In this document: piece after piece, positions 31,621 to 43,991 of the stretch
How positions within the stretch are numbered: position 1 is the stretch's first letter
How the letters are laid out: the number at the start of each line of letters is the position of its first letter
DNA from: Actinomycetota bacterium
GTDB lineage: Bacteria; Actinomycetota; Actinomycetes; S36-B12
Length of the DNA: 64,000 bases
Assembly: GCA_017856385.1 (NCBI GenBank)
Contig: JAFMFD010000002.1
Span: 13,839 to 77,838, forward strand
Direction of reading: 5' to 3'
Translations under genes and position numbers: made by a program
Notes under the pieces: model-generated
Database searches by the model: none
What the model was told of the DNA's origin: nothing
What the model saw: only the letters and a program-made list of their open reading frames with translations

Positions 31621-33729
31621 ATGACGTCAGCCACGACCCGGTCGCACGACAATTCGGCCCTGCCGGACGGCCTCGACTGGAATGCCGACGACGATCGCGC
31701 GATCGACTACCTGCGCGCCCTTGCGGCCGACGCGGTCCAGCGGGTCGGCAATGGGCATCCCGGCACGGCCATGAGCCTCGCCCCGGTCGCGTACCTGCTC
31801 TTCCAGAAGGTCATGCGCCACGATCCGCGCGACCCGGACTGGCTGGGGCGGGATCGCTTCGTGCTCTCCGGAGGCCACACGAGTCTGACCCTGTACAGCC
31901 AGCTCTTCGTCTCCGACTACGGCCTGACCATGGCCGACCTCGAGGCCTTCCGCACCGCGGGAAGCCGCACGCCGGGTCACCCGGAGCACGGCCACACGGT
32001 CGGCGTCGAGGCGACCACCGGCCCCCTGGGCCAGGGGCTCTCGATGGCGGTGGGCATGGCGATGGCGGCCCGGTACGAGCGCGGCCTGCTCGATCCGGAC
32101 GCGGCCCCGAGCACGAGCCCCTTCGACCACCGAATATGGACCATCGCCGGGGACGGGGACCTCGAGGAGGGCATCACGTCCGAGGCCTCGTCGCTGGCCG
32201 GGCTGCAGAAGCTCTCCGAGCTGTGCGTCATCTACGACGACAACCACATCTCGATTGAGGGCGACACCGCTCTGGCGTTCGACGAGGACGTCTGCGAGCG
32301 CTACCGCGCCTACGGGTGGGCCACGCACCGGGTCGACCAACTGCCGGACGGATCCGTCGACGTGCCCGCACTGTTCCACGCAATCCGGCACGCGGTCGCC
32401 GAGCGGCATCGGCCCACCCTCATCCAGCTCCGCACGACCATCGCCTGGCCCGCACCGAATGCGCGGAACACCGCGAAGTCGCACGGGTCGGCACTCGGCG
32501 ACGACGAGGTCCGCGCCACCAAGGAGCTGTTGGGCCTGGACCCCGACGCACGCTTCGCCTTCGATCCCGCCCTGCTCGACCGCGTCCGCCAGCGACTCCG
32601 TCACCGGGTCGACGACGCGCGCCGCACGTGGGACGCCGCGTTCGCCCAGTGGCGCAGCAGCAATCCCGACCGTGCGACGCTGCTGGACCGGCTGCTCTCC
32701 CACCAGGTTCCCGAAGGCCTGGCTGGCGCCCTCCCCGTTTTCCCCGACGGGGGCTCGATGGCCACGCGCAAGGCCTCCGGCGAGGTCCTCAATGCCATTG
32801 CCGGTGTCATGCCGGAGCTGTGGGGGGGCTCGGCCGACCTCGCGGAGTCCAACAACACCACGATCGAGGGGGCTCCGAGCTTCCTGCCCCCGGGCAATCC
32901 ATCGCCGCATGCCTCTGCCTACGGTCGGGTCGTGCACTTCGGCGTGCGCGAGCACGCGATGGGCGCGGTCCTCAACGGGATCGCCCTGCACGGGCTCACG
33001 AGGCCCTTCGGCGGGACCTTCCTGGTCTTCTCGGACTACATGCGCGGCGCTGTGCGCCTGTCGGCCCTCATGGGAACGGCCGTGACATACGTCTGGACGC
33101 ACGACTCCATCGGTCTGGGCGAGGATGGCCCGACGCACCAGCCCGTGGAGCACCTGTGGGCACTCCGCGCCATCCCCGGACTGGCGATCGTGCGGCCCGC
33201 CGACGCCAACGAGACGGCAGCGGCATGGGCGGCGATCCTGCGCCAGCGGGGACCGGCCGGGCTGGTGCTGACCCGGCAGAACGTGCCGACGCTCGAGGCG
33301 CCCGCCGAGGCCGTCCACCGGGGGGTCGCACGCGGCGGCTACACCGTCTGCGACACCGACGAGCCCGACGTTCTGCTCATCGCCACGGGTTCGGAGGTCC
33401 ACCTGGCGGTCGAGGCCGCCGAGCAGCTGGCCGCCGACGGGATCGGCGCCCGCGTCGTCTCCCTGCCCTGCCTGGAGTGGTTCGAGGCCCAGGACTCCGC
33501 CTACCGCGACTCCGTGCTTCCGCCAGCGGTGCGCGCCCGCGTGTCTGTCGAGGCGGGGGCCACGCTCGGATGGTGGCGCTACGTCGGTGACGATGGAGCG
33601 GTCGTCGGCATCGACCACTTCGGCGCGAGTGCCGATCCGGCGACGCTCTTTCGCGAGGCGGGCATCACGGTCGACGCGATCGTGCGGGCGGCGCGCGGCT
33701 CCATCTCCGCGGCTCAGCGTGACGCCTGA
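31621..33729 (+). CDS. tkt: Transketolase
   Basis: 702 aa. NGHPGTAMSLAP thiamine-diphosphate motif; the ORF is transketolase-like throughout. Confidence 0.95.
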   Translation: MTSATTRSHDNSALPDGLDWNADDDRAIDYLRALAADAVQRVGNGHPGTAMSLAPVAYLLFQKVMRHDPRDPDWLGRDRFVLSGGHTSLTLYSQLFVSDYGLTMADLEAFRTAGSRTPGHPEHGHTVGVEATTGPLGQGLSMAVGMAMAARYERGLLDPDAAPSTSPFDHRIWTIAGDGDLEEGITSEASSLAGLQKLSELCVIYDDNHISIEGDTALAFDEDVCERYRAYGWATHRVDQLPDGSVDVPALFHAIRHAVAERHRPTLIQLRTTIAWPAPNARNTAKSHGSALGDDEVRATKELLGLDPDARFAFDPALLDRVRQRLRHRVDDARRTWDAAFAQWRSSNPDRATLLDRLLSHQVPEGLAGALPVFPDGGSMATRKASGEVLNAIAGVMPELWGGSADLAESNNTTIEGAPSFLPPGNPSPHASAYGRVVHFGVREHAMGAVLNGIALHGLTRPFGGTFLVFSDYMRGAVRLSALMGTAVTYVWTHDSIGLGEDGPTHQPVEHLWALRAIPGLAIVRPADANETAAAWAAILRQRGPAGLVLTRQNVPTLEAPAEAVHRGVARGGYTVCDTDEPDVLLIATGSEVHLAVEAAEQLAADGIGARVVSLPCLEWFEAQDSAYRDSVLPPAVRARVSVEAGATLGWWRYVGDDGAVVGIDHFGASADPATLFREAGITVDAIVRAARGSISAAQRDA

Positions 33730-33768
33730 CCCGAACCACCCACCGAAACGCCAGAACCTGGGGGCCAC

Positions 33769-34884
33769 ATGAGTTCCGCACCGAACCCCAACCTCGCGGC
33801 ACTGACCGCGGCGGGTGTGTCCGTCTGGCTCGACGACCTCGACCGCACCCGGATCACCTCGGGCCAGCTGAGCCGCATGATCGAGGTCGACAGCGTCCGG
33901 GGGGTGACGACCAATCCGTCGATCTTCGACAAGGCGATCTCCGAGGGCGCCGATGCCTACGCGGAGCAGCTCACGGCGCTGGCCCGCGCAGGCGCGGATG
34001 TCGACGACATCATCCGCGCCCTGACCACCGATGACGTGCGCGCCGCCTGCGACCTGTTCCTGCCGCTGTTCGAGGAGTCCGGGCACGACGACGGCCGCGT
34101 GTCGATCGAGGTCGACCCGCGTCTCGCGCACGAGACCCATGCGACCATCGACCAGGCGAAGGACCTGTGGGCCCTTGTCGCGCGGCCGAACGCCCTCATC
34201 AAGATCCCCGCAACGCCCGAGGGCCTGCCCGCGATCACCGAGGTCATCGGCTCAGGCATCAGCGTGAACGTCACCCTGATCTTCTCGGTCGAGCGCTACC
34301 GCGCCGTCGTGGAGGCGTACGAGGCCGGGCTTGCACTGGCCCAGAGCCGTGGGCACGACATCGCAACCATCCGGTCCGTGGCGAGCTTCTTCATCAGCCG
34401 CATCGACACCGAGGTCGACGCGCGCCTGAGGAGCCTGGGCAGCCCGGAGGCGCTCGACCTGCTCGGGCAGGCAGCGCTCGCGACGGGCCACCTGGTCTGG
34501 GAGGCCCACCTGGAGTCCCTCGCATCGCCCGCCTGGGGCGCACTGGCCGTCGCCGGTGCCCGCGCCCAGCGCCCGCTCTGGGCCTCCACCGGAGTCAAGG
34601 ACCCTTCCATGGCACCCACGAGGTATGTCTACGAGCTCGTCGTCGACGACTGCGTGAACACCATGCCCGAGGCGACCCTGCGCGCGGTCGCCGACGACGG
34701 TCCCGTCCCCGAGGACACGGTCACCGGGACTCAGCAGCAGGCCCGATCGATCTGGTCACGCCTTGAGGCCCTCGGCGTCTCCCGCCAGGAGGTCAGCGAG
34801 ACCCTCGAGAGCGAGGGCGTCCAGAAGTTCATCGCCTCGTGGGAGCAGCTGCGGTCCACGGTCGCGGCCGCCGCGGGCAGCTGA
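33769..34884 (+). CDS. tal: Transaldolase (actinobacterial long form)
   Basis: 371 aa. GVSVWLDDL...GVTTNPSIF...IKIPAT motifs. Confidence 0.95.
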   Translation: MSSAPNPNLAALTAAGVSVWLDDLDRTRITSGQLSRMIEVDSVRGVTTNPSIFDKAISEGADAYAEQLTALARAGADVDDIIRALTTDDVRAACDLFLPLFEESGHDDGRVSIEVDPRLAHETHATIDQAKDLWALVARPNALIKIPATPEGLPAITEVIGSGISVNVTLIFSVERYRAVVEAYEAGLALAQSRGHDIATIRSVASFFISRIDTEVDARLRSLGSPEALDLLGQAALATGHLVWEAHLESLASPAWGALAVAGARAQRPLWASTGVKDPSMAPTRYVYELVVDDCVNTMPEATLRAVADDGPVPEDTVTGTQQQARSIWSRLEALGVSRQEVSETLESEGVQKFIASWEQLRSTVAAAAGS

Positions 34885-34885
34885 C

Positions 34886-36430
34886 ATGCCGCCCCGGACC
34901 GCCACGGCGCACGCGAACCCGCTGCGCAGCCCCAACGATCAGCGCCTGCCGCGCGTGGCGGGTCCGTGCGGCGTCGTCCTGTTCGGCGTCACCGGGGACC
35001 TGTCGCGCAAGAAGGTCATGCCCGCCATCTACGACCTCGCCAACCGCGGACTCCTGCCCCCCGGATTCGCCCTGGTGGGGTTCGCGCGCCGCGACTGGGA
35101 GGACGAGGACTTCGCTCAGGTCGTCCATGACTCGGTGCGCCAGCACTCGCGGACGCCGTTCCGCGAGGAGGTATGGCAGCAGCTCGCCGCCGGGATCCGG
35201 TTCGTCGAGGGTGATCTAGCCGACCCCGAGGCCTACCTCCGCCTCCGGCAGACCGTCGAGGCCCTCGACGAGTCGCGAGGCACGGGCGGCAACCACGCGT
35301 TCTACCTGTCGATCCCACCCGGGCTGTTCCCCGTCGTCTGCCAGCACCTGAAGTCGTCCGGCCTCGCCGACAGCGCACCCGGCTCGTGGCGCCGGGTCGT
35401 CATCGAGAAGCCCTTCGGGCACGACCTCAGGAGTGCGGAGGAGCTCAACCGGATCGTCGGCGAGGTATTCGACTCCGGATCGGTGTTCCGGATCGACCAC
35501 TACCTCGGCAAGGAGACCGTCCAGAACATCCTCGCGGTCCGCTTCGCCAACGCGATGTTCGAACCACTGTGGAACAGCAACTACGTCGACAACGTGCAGA
35601 TCACCATGGCCGAGGACATCGGCATCGGCGGTCGCGCGAGCTACTACGACGGCATCGGGGCCGCACGCGACGTCATCCAGAACCACCTGCTCCAGCTGCT
35701 CGCCCTGACTGCCATGGAGGAGCCGCTCTCCTTCTCCCCCGACGACGTGCGGATCGAGAAGGAGAAGGCACTGCGCGCGGTGCGACTGCCGCGCGACATC
35801 GGCAAGCACACCAGCCGCGGGCAGTACGCGCACGGCTGGCAGGGCGGAGTGCCCGTTCTCGGCTTCCTCGAGGAGGAGGGGATCTCGCGTACCAGCACGA
35901 CGGAGACCTACGCGGCGATGCGCCTCGACGTCGACAATCGCCGCTGGGCCGGGGTGCCGTTCTACCTGCGCACCGGCAAGCGTCTGGGCCGCCGCGTGAC
36001 CGAGGTCGCGGTCGTCTTCAAGCGTGCGCCCCACCTGCCCTTCGCCCGGACGGCCGTCCAGGAGCTCAGCCAGAACGCGTTCGTGTTCCGCATCCAGCCC
36101 GACGAGGGCATCACCGTGCGGTTCGGCTCGAAGGTGCCGGACACCACGTCCATCCAGGTACGCGACGTGACGATGGACTTCCAGTACGGCGACTCGTTCG
36201 TCGACACCAGTCCCGAGGCCTACGAGCGGCTGATCCTCGACGTGCTCCTCGGCGATCCGCCGCTGTTCCCGCGCCATGAGGAGGTCGAGCTGGGGTGGCG
36301 GATCCTGGACCCGGTCCTCGACCACTGGTCCTCTCGCGGCGAGCCCGAGCAGTACGCCTCCGGTGGTTGGGGCCCTGCTTCGTCGTACGACATGATCGCC
36401 CGCGACGGCCGCACCTGGCGGCGGCCATGA
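34886..36430 (+). CDS. zwf: Glucose-6-phosphate dehydrogenase
   Basis: ATG 34886 lies 1 nt after the tal stop. Motifs [11 protein letters not shown] and RIDHYLGKE. Confidence 0.95.
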   Translation: MPPRTATAHANPLRSPNDQRLPRVAGPCGVVLFGVTGDLSRKKVMPAIYDLANRGLLPPGFALVGFARRDWEDEDFAQVVHDSVRQHSRTPFREEVWQQLAAGIRFVEGDLADPEAYLRLRQTVEALDESRGTGGNHAFYLSIPPGLFPVVCQHLKSSGLADSAPGSWRRVVIEKPFGHDLRSAEELNRIVGEVFDSGSVFRIDHYLGKETVQNILAVRFANAMFEPLWNSNYVDNVQITMAEDIGIGGRASYYDGIGAARDVIQNHLLQLLALTAMEEPLSFSPDDVRIEKEKALRAVRLPRDIGKHTSRGQYAHGWQGGVPVLGFLEEEGISRTSTTETYAAMRLDVDNRRWAGVPFYLRTGKRLGRRVTEVAVVFKRAPHLPFARTAVQELSQNAFVFRIQPDEGITVRFGSKVPDTTSIQVRDVTMDFQYGDSFVDTSPEAYERLILDVLLGDPPLFPRHEEVELGWRILDPVLDHWSSRGEPEQYASGGWGPASSYDMIARDGRTWRRP

Positions 36431-37326
36431 TCCGGCTCGACGACACCAGCGGGGGCGCGGTCGCTGCGGCGATCGCCGAGGAGCGGCACCGCAATGGCTC
36501 ACCCGCCACCGGGATGGTCCTCACCCTGCTGATCATCAGCGACGAGGAGTTCCAGTCCGATGCGACGTCCGGGGCGGTGGCTGCTGCGCGCCAGCACCCA
36601 ATGCGCATCGTCACGCTGATCCCCCGGCCGAGCCGGCATGCGCCACGGCTCGATGCCGAGATCGCCGTCGGCGGTGACGATGGTCCCGGTGAGGTAGCGG
36701 TCCTGCGCCTGCGCGGGGAGCTCGCCGAGCACGCCAACTCCGTCGCCATCCCGCTGCTGCTCACCGACACGCCCGTCGTCGCATTCTGGCCCTCGCAGCC
36801 GCCGGACGTGCCCGTCGACGATCCCATCGGGCGGCACGCGCAGCGCCGCATCACCGACACCGCGACCGCGGAGGACATCCACCGCGAGCTGGCACGCCGC
36901 AAGGCCGGCTACCGGCCCGGTGACACCGATCTCGCTTGGACCCGGCTGACGCCCTGGCGCTCGGCCCTCGCGGCCGCGCTGGACCAGCCGACTGCGCGCA
37001 TCGTCGAGGCGAGTGTCGCCGCCGAACCGGACAATCCCAGCGCCCTGCTGCTGCAGGCCTGGCTCGCCCGCGCACTGAAGGTGCCCGTCGGGCTCCACGA
37101 CTCGTCGGGCCCGGGCATCACCGAGACGCGGCTGGTGACGGCGAGCGGGGACATCACGATCAGCAGGCCCGAGGGCGAGACCGCCGTGCTGGAGCGCCCT
37201 GGTGTCGCTCCCGCCCGGATCGCCATGCACAGGCGCGGTCTGTCGGGCCTGCTCTCGGAGGAACTGCGGCGGCTGGATCCGGACGAGGTCTACGGGACGG
37301 TGCTGGCCCACCTGGACCTGCCGTGA
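36427..37326 (+). CDS. opcA: Glucose-6-phosphate dehydrogenase assembly protein OpcA
   Basis: ATGA overlap with the zwf stop. The protein is OpcA-like, beginning MIRLDDTS...MVLTLLII. Confidence 0.85.
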   Translation: MIRLDDTSGGAVAAAIAEERHRNGSPATGMVLTLLIISDEEFQSDATSGAVAAARQHPMRIVTLIPRPSRHAPRLDAEIAVGGDDGPGEVAVLRLRGELAEHANSVAIPLLLTDTPVVAFWPSQPPDVPVDDPIGRHAQRRITDTATAEDIHRELARRKAGYRPGDTDLAWTRLTPWRSALAAALDQPTARIVEASVAAEPDNPSALLLQAWLARALKVPVGLHDSSGPGITETRLVTASGDITISRPEGETAVLERPGVAPARIAMHRRGLSGLLSEELRRLDPDEVYGTVLAHLDLP

Positions 37327-38087
37327 TCGTGGATGTCCTGCGGCACCCGACCTCACAGGACCTGGCCGAGGACGTCGCCGCACGCACCATCACCACGCTC
37401 GTCCAGCGCATCGCCGATGCAGGCACCGCCCACGTGTGTCTCACCGGCGGCGGGATCGGGACGGCGTCGCTCGCCGCCATCGCGGAGCGACCCGGCGCGG
37501 ACGCCGTCGACTGGGGCCGGGTGCACGTGTGGTGGGGCGACGAGCGATTCCTGCCTCGCGACGACCCCGAGCGCAACGAGACCGCCGCCCGGCGCGCCCT
37601 CCTCGACCATGTGGCCGTGCGGCCGGATCACGTCCACGCGATGCCCAGCTCCGACTCCTGTGCCGACGTCGACACGGGGGCCGCAGAGTACACACGGGAG
37701 CTGCTGGCCTGGGCGCGGCCCGGTGAGGCGGTGCCGTCGATGGACATCCTGATGCTCGGCGTGGGTCCGGACGGCCATGTGGCCTCGCTGTTCCCGGAGC
37801 TGCCGGCGGTGCACGACACGCGGTGGGTCGCCGGAGTGCACGGATCGCCCAAGCCTCCGCCGCTGCGCATCACCCTCACCCTGCCGACCATCCGGTCGGC
37901 TCAGGAGGTGTGGCTGCTGGCCGCCGGGACGGAGAAGGCGAGGGCCGTGCGGCTGGCGCTCACCCCGGGGGCGGGGCCATGGCAGGTGCCTGCTGCCGGG
38001 GCGCGGGGCCGGCGCCGGACCTTGGTGCTCGTGGATGACGGGGCCGCTGGGCAACTGCCCTCGGACCTGGGCAGGCCGTCGGCCTGA
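37323..38087 (+). CDS. pgl: 6-phosphogluconolactonase
   Basis: GTGA overlap with the opcA stop. Motifs LTGGG, WGDERF and GVGPDGHVASLFP. Confidence 0.9.
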   Translation: MIVDVLRHPTSQDLAEDVAARTITTLVQRIADAGTAHVCLTGGGIGTASLAAIAERPGADAVDWGRVHVWWGDERFLPRDDPERNETAARRALLDHVAVRPDHVHAMPSSDSCADVDTGAAEYTRELLAWARPGEAVPSMDILMLGVGPDGHVASLFPELPAVHDTRWVAGVHGSPKPPPLRITLTLPTIRSAQEVWLLAAGTEKARAVRLALTPGAGPWQVPAAGARGRRRTLVLVDDGAAGQLPSDLGRPSA

Positions 38088-38135
38088 GGATGGTTCGCCA
38101 GGCCTTCGGCCTGAGGCAGGCTCGCCAGGCCGGTG

Positions 38136-38471
38136 TCAGGCCTCGCCGCGGAGCTTGGCCAGTGCCTCGTCGAGGATCGCGGCACCGTCCTTGTCGGAGC
38201 GACGCTCCTTCACGTAGGCCAGGTGGGTCTTGTAGGGCTCGATCTTCGGCGGGGCCGGAGGGTTCTCCTGGTCCGGACCGGCCGGCAGGCCGCAGCGGGG
38301 ACAGTCCCACTCCTCGGGCGCCGCGGCGTCCGCCGCGAAGCTCGGCCGGCTCTCGTGGCCGCGCGCGCACCAGAAGGACACCCACACCCGTGGTGCGGAC
38401 TCCCCGCGCTCGGCCTCGCCCATCGGCCCGGCCCCGACGCGGCTGCCCCGGATCGCACTGCCACCAGCCAT
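38136..38471 (-). CDS. rbpA: RbpA-family RNA polymerase-binding protein (divergent N-terminus)
   Basis: 111 aa. IRGSRVGA..., zinc-type core WCARGHESRPSF...EWDCPRCG, and sigma-interaction-like KTHLAYVKERRS. Confidence 0.75.
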   Translation of the reverse strand: MAGGSAIRGSRVGAGPMGEAERGESAPRVWVSFWCARGHESRPSFAADAAAPEEWDCPRCGLPAGPDQENPPAPPKIEPYKTHLAYVKERRSDKDGAAILDEALAKLRGEA

Positions 38472-38496
38472 GCTGACTCTCCTGTCCGGCCGCTCG

Positions 38497-38742
38497 TCAG
38501 GCCGTGCTCACGAGCAGGCCCACGGCGACGATGCTTGCTGCCCACACCAGCCCGATGCCGACGGTGAGCCGGTCGAGGTTCTTCTCCGCCACCGACGACC
38601 CGCCGACGGATGAGCTCACGCCACCGCCGAACAGATCGGACAGGCCGCCGCCCTTGCCCCGGTGAAGCAGGATGAGCACGACCAGCAGCACGCTGGTGAT
38701 CACCAGGATCACTGCCAGAGCGATCGTCAAGGCGGTGATCAT
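38497..38742 (-). CDS. secG: Preprotein translocase subunit SecG
   Basis: 81 aa with two TM helices flanking the Gly-rich loop HRGKGGGLSDLFGGG. Confidence 0.9.
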   Translation of the reverse strand: MITALTIALAVILVITSVLLVVLILLHRGKGGGLSDLFGGGVSSSVGGSSVAEKNLDRLTVGIGLVWAASIVAVGLLVSTA

Positions 38743-38799
38743 GGCTGGCTCCGGGACGGTCGGGAATGGCCGGGTGACCTGTAGAGAATAGTCACAGGC

Positions 38800-39597
38800 C
38801 TAGGCGACGGACTCGGCCGGGTGCAGGCGGTAGCGCACGATCCCCACGAACTCGTCCGGATCGAGGCTGGCGCCGCCGACGAGGGCACCGTCGACGTCGG
38901 GCTGGGCCATGATCCCGGCGACGTTCGAGGCCTTGACCGACCCGCCGTACAGGACCCGCACCTGCCCTGCTGCGCTCGCTCCGAAGGTCTCACGGACGCG
39001 TGAACGGATCGCCGCGCACACCTCCTGGGCGTCCTCCGGCGTGGCGACCTCACCGGTGCCGATGGCCCAGACCGGCTCGTAGGCGATGACGAGCCCGGCG
39101 ACCTGCTCGGCCGAAAGCCCGTCGAGGTCAGCATCGAGCTGTGCGAGGACGAACTCGACCTGCTCCCCCGCTCTGCGCACCTCCAGGCCCTCGCCCATGC
39201 AGACGATCGGGATCACGTTGTTGCGCAGGGCGGCCTTGACCTTGTCGTTCACGACCTCGTCGGTCTCGCCGTTGTGCTCGCGGCGCTCACTGTGCCCGAC
39301 GGCCACGAAGGTGCACCCGAGCTTCTCCAGCATCGGCCCGCTGACCTGGCCCGTATATGCGCCCGAGTCCTTCACCGCGATGTCCTGCGCGCCGTACAGG
39401 ATGTCGTAGCGATCGCCGTCGATGAGGGTCTGGACCGAGCGGATGTCGGTGAACGGCGGCAGCACCGCGACCTCGACAGCGGCGAAGTCCGCATCATTGA
39501 GGGCGAAGGCCAGTTTCTGCACCAGCGCAATGGCCTCGAGGTGGTTCAGGTTCATCTTCCAGTTGCCCGCCATCAGCGGCTTGCGGTCGTGCGACAT
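38800..39597 (-). CDS. tpiA: Triose-phosphate isomerase
   Basis: [15 protein letters not shown] and [11 protein letters not shown] motifs. ATG 39597 overlaps the pgk stop by 1 nt. Confidence 0.95.
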   Translation of the reverse strand: MSHDRKPLMAGNWKMNLNHLEAIALVQKLAFALNDADFAAVEVAVLPPFTDIRSVQTLIDGDRYDILYGAQDIAVKDSGAYTGQVSGPMLEKLGCTFVAVGHSERREHNGETDEVVNDKVKAALRNNVIPIVCMGEGLEVRRAGEQVEFVLAQLDADLDGLSAEQVAGLVIAYEPVWAIGTGEVATPEDAQEVCAAIRSRVRETFGASAAGQVRVLYGGSVKASNVAGIMAQPDVDGALVGGASLDPDEFVGIVRYRLHPAESVA

Positions 39598-40796
39598 CAG
39601 GGTCCCTCCTCGAGAACGGCGAGCCCCGGCAGCGTCCTGCCCTCCAGGAACTCCAGGCTGGCACCGCCACCGGTGCTGATGTGCGTGAAGGCGGACTCGT
39701 CGACATCCAGCAGGCGCACCGCCGCAGCGGAGTCCCCTCCCCCGATCACGGTGACCGCCCCCGAGGCGGCCATCGCGCGCGCGACCGCGAGGGTGCCCGC
39801 GGCGAACGGAGTCATTTCGAAGACGCCCATGGGCCCGTTCCACACCACGGTGCCCGCGTCCGCGATCCGCGACGCGAACAGCTCCTGCGTAGCCGGCCCG
39901 ATGTCCAGTCCCATCCATCCGTCGGGGATCGCGTCGGCGCCCACCACGGCCGTCTGCGCGTCGGCGGCGAAGCGGTCGGCGATCACGACATCCTCGGGGA
40001 CGAGCACCTCCACCCCGCGCTCGCGCGCCTGCTCCAGGAAGCCCTGCACTGTGGGGATCTGATCGGCCTCAAGGAGCGAGGCGCCGACGGCGTGGCCCTG
40101 GGCGGCGAGGAAGGTGTAGGCCATCCCACCGCCGATGAGCAGGCGGTCGACGCGCGGAATGAGGTTGCCGATCACCCCGAGCTTGTCGCTCACCTTGGAG
40201 CCGCCGAGGACGACGACGAAGGGCCGGGCCGGATCGGCCATGATGCCGCCGAACACCGATGCCTCGCGATGGACGAGGCGGCCCGCCGCATTCGGGCGCA
40301 GCCGTGCGACGTCGGTCACAGAGGCCTGGTTGCGATGCACCACGCCGAACCCATCGGAGACGTACACATCGGCGAGCGCCGCCAGCTCCGCAGCGAGCGC
40401 CTGTCGCTCGGCGTCGACCTTGCTGGTCTCGCGCGCATCGAAGCGGATGTTCTCCAGGAGCACGACGTCCCCGGCGGCCATGCCTGCGACCACGGTGGGC
40501 GCATCGGCCAGGTCGACGAGCGCCACCGAGGTGCCCAGGAGCTCACCGAGCCGGGCGGCGACGGGTGCCAGGCTCAGTTCAGGCACGCGCTCACCCTTGG
40601 CCCGCCCCAGGTGCGCTGCGATGACCACGCGGGCCCCCTGGGCACGCAGGTCGGACAGCGTGGGCAGGGCGGCCCGGATCCGGCCGTCGTCCGTGATGAC
40701 GCGAGCGCCTCCCGGCCCCTCGGCGAGGGGGACGTTGAAGTCCGCGCGGACCAGCACCGTGCGCCCGGCGACCTCGAGGTCGTCGAGGGACTTCAT
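39597..40796 (-). CDS. pgk: Phosphoglycerate kinase
   Basis: 399 aa from [23 protein letters not shown]. The 831-aa track ORF is an upstream artefactual extension. Confidence 0.95.
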   Translation of the reverse strand: MKSLDDLEVAGRTVLVRADFNVPLAEGPGGARVITDDGRIRAALPTLSDLRAQGARVVIAAHLGRAKGERVPELSLAPVAARLGELLGTSVALVDLADAPTVVAGMAAGDVVLLENIRFDARETSKVDAERQALAAELAALADVYVSDGFGVVHRNQASVTDVARLRPNAAGRLVHREASVFGGIMADPARPFVVVLGGSKVSDKLGVIGNLIPRVDRLLIGGGMAYTFLAAQGHAVGASLLEADQIPTVQGFLEQARERGVEVLVPEDVVIADRFAADAQTAVVGADAIPDGWMGLDIGPATQELFASRIADAGTVVWNGPMGVFEMTPFAAGTLAVARAMAASGAVTVIGGGDSAAAVRLLDVDESAFTHISTGGGASLEFLEGRTLPGLAVLEEGP

Positions 40797-40804
40797 GCGC
40801 GGGC

Positions 40805-41902
<1,098 letters not shown>

Positions 41903-41922
41903 TCAGGCGACGGTGAATCGCG

Positions 41923-42978
41923 TCAGCCGCGGCGGGACCGACCGGCTGCCGCGGCGAGGGCGCTGCGCAGGCGCGGGAGGTTCGCATGCCAGTCGGCCCG
42001 CAGTTCGACCTGGCGCCGGGCCTCCTCGACGACCGCCAGGGGGTACCGGGCCGTGACGTGGACGAGCACGTCGGCCAGCGCGTCGACATCACCCGTCGGG
42101 AAGGTGAATCCGGTCCGGCCCTCGACGACCCAGTCGAGGTTCCCCGGGGTGGCGCTCACCACCACCGGAGTGCCGCACGCCATGGCCTGCAGCAGAGTCA
42201 CCGACGTGCCGTCCACCTGCGAGGCCGAGACGTAGCAGGCGGCCCGCCCGAGGAGCGGCACCAGCAGCGCCTCCTCGACCCGGCCGATGAACCTGACCCG
42301 GTCCAGGACGCCCAGGTCGCCAGCGAGCTCCTGCAGCATCGGCGTCTGAGACCCCTCATGGCCGATGATCAGGTAGGGGTCCGGGTAGTCCTCGTGCACA
42401 TCCGGTCGGCGCGGGACGGCGGCGAAGGCGCGGACGATGTCGTCGACCCGGTAGATCGGCTCGTGCGCGCGCAGCGAGACGACCAGCGGCGCATGCGGGG
42501 GCACGCCGAGCAGGAAGGCATCGATCCACGGCCCGTGGTAGGCGAACGTGCCGAGGTCGACGCCCCACGGCAGGTACGTCAGCGCAGCGGGGTCGACCCC
42601 CGCGTCGATCGCGATGCGCTGGTTCCATGTCGAGTCGACGACGAGGCCCGCGAGCCCCGCGAGCCACGTGACGTCATCGCCCCTCTCCGCGGCCTGCGTC
42701 AGGTCGTAGCCCCACGACAGGCCCACGACCGGCGCGTCGATCCCAAGCAGGCTCGAGGTGACGGTGTCCAGCGGGCCGGCGAGCACCGGATGCCGTCCGG
42801 CTGCGGCTGCGGCGACCTGCTCCCGAAGCTCGAGCGCATCAGCCGCGTCGCGTCCCAGGGAAACGACGTAGGGTGACCGCCCGAGTTCGAGCAGGCCGGC
42901 CACCCATCGCTCGTCGTGCACGCCCCAGCCGCTGGTCGCGTAGACGCAGTCGATCGCCTCCCCGACCGGGCTGGTCAC
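41923..42978 (-). CDS. Glycosyltransferase (GT-B fold, GT1/GT4-like)
   Basis: 351 aa. The C-terminal half, [27 protein letters not shown]...[14 protein letters not shown], is typical of GT4. GTG 42978 overlaps the whiA stop (GTGA). Confidence 0.8.
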   Translation of the reverse strand: MTSPVGEAIDCVYATSGWGVHDERWVAGLLELGRSPYVVSLGRDAADALELREQVAAAAAGRHPVLAGPLDTVTSSLLGIDAPVVGLSWGYDLTQAAERGDDVTWLAGLAGLVVDSTWNQRIAIDAGVDPAALTYLPWGVDLGTFAYHGPWIDAFLLGVPPHAPLVVSLRAHEPIYRVDDIVRAFAAVPRRPDVHEDYPDPYLIIGHEGSQTPMLQELAGDLGVLDRVRFIGRVEEALLVPLLGRAACYVSASQVDGTSVTLLQAMACGTPVVVSATPGNLDWVVEGRTGFTFPTGDVDALADVLVHVTARYPLAVVEEARRQVELRADWHANLPRLRSALAAAAGRSRRG

Positions 42979-43955
42979 GGCAGCAGGAGATCCGGGCCCA
43001 GGGCCGACTCGGTGTCCGGGATCCCCAACTCGGCCGCGCGCTTGTCTGCCAGGGCCAGCAGCCGCCGGATGCGCCCCGCGATCGCGTCCTTGGTCATCGG
43101 GGGGTCGGCGAGGCCCCCGAGCTCCTCCAGGCTCGCCTGCTGGTGCTCCAGACGCAGGCGTCCGGCACTCAGCAGATGCTCGGGAACCTCGTCGCCGAGG
43201 ATCTCCATGGCCCGCTGCACGCGGGCGCCTGCGGCAACGGCGGCACGGGCCGAGCGCCGCAGGTTCGCGTCGTCGAAGTTCGCCAGCCGGTTCGCCGTGG
43301 CGCGGACCTCCCGGCGCATGCGGCGCTCCTCCCAGGCCAGCACCGACTCGTGGGCCCCCAGCCTGGTGAGCATCGCCCCGATGGCATCGCCGTCGCGAAT
43401 GACGACCCGGTCCACGCCACGCACCTCGCGGGACTTGGCACCGATGCCCAGGCGCCGGGCTGCCCCCACGAGGGCGAGGGCCGCCTCCGGGCCCGGGCTG
43501 GTGATCTCCAGGGACGACGAGCGGCCCGGCTCGGTCAGCGACCCGTGGGCCAGGAACGCTCCGCGCCAGGAGGACTCCACGTCGCACACCCCGCCGGACA
43601 CGATCGCCGGTGGCAGGCCCCGGACCGGGCGCCCGCTGCCGTCGACGATCCCGGTCTGGCGCGCCAGAGCCTCGCCACCCTCGACGACCCTCACCAGGTA
43701 GCGCGACCCCTTGCGGATACCACCCCCCTGGACCATCGCGATGTCGGAGGCATGGCCGTAGACCTCGAAGATGTCCTTGCGGAGGCGGCGCGCCGCGGCG
43801 CCGGTGTCGAGCTCAGCCTCGATGACGATGTGACCGCTGACGATGTGCAGGCCGCCCGCGAACCGCAGGATGGTCGACACCTCGGCCTTGCGGCAGCAGG
43901 TCTTGGTCACCTCGACGCGGCTGAGCTCGTCCTTCACCGCCGCCGTCATCGCCAT
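42975..43955 (-). CDS. whiA: DNA-binding protein WhiA
   Basis: 326 aa. [14 protein letters not shown]...[20 protein letters not shown], with a C-terminal HTH. Confidence 0.95.
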   Translation of the reverse strand: MAMTAAVKDELSRVEVTKTCCRKAEVSTILRFAGGLHIVSGHIVIEAELDTGAAARRLRKDIFEVYGHASDIAMVQGGGIRKGSRYLVRVVEGGEALARQTGIVDGSGRPVRGLPPAIVSGGVCDVESSWRGAFLAHGSLTEPGRSSSLEITSPGPEAALALVGAARRLGIGAKSREVRGVDRVVIRDGDAIGAMLTRLGAHESVLAWEERRMRREVRATANRLANFDDANLRRSARAAVAAGARVQRAMEILGDEVPEHLLSAGRLRLEHQQASLEELGGLADPPMTKDAIAGRIRRLLALADKRAAELGIPDTESALGPDLLLP

Positions 43956-43991
43956 CGCGTTCGCCCCATCCCGCTTCCCTGATCCCCTGGC

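Noticed and set aside
31627-34140. 837-aa ORF on the minus strand
   Set aside because: It is antisense to tkt and the start of tal, with a junk-like Arg/Gly/Asp composition. The plus-strand genes are unambiguous.
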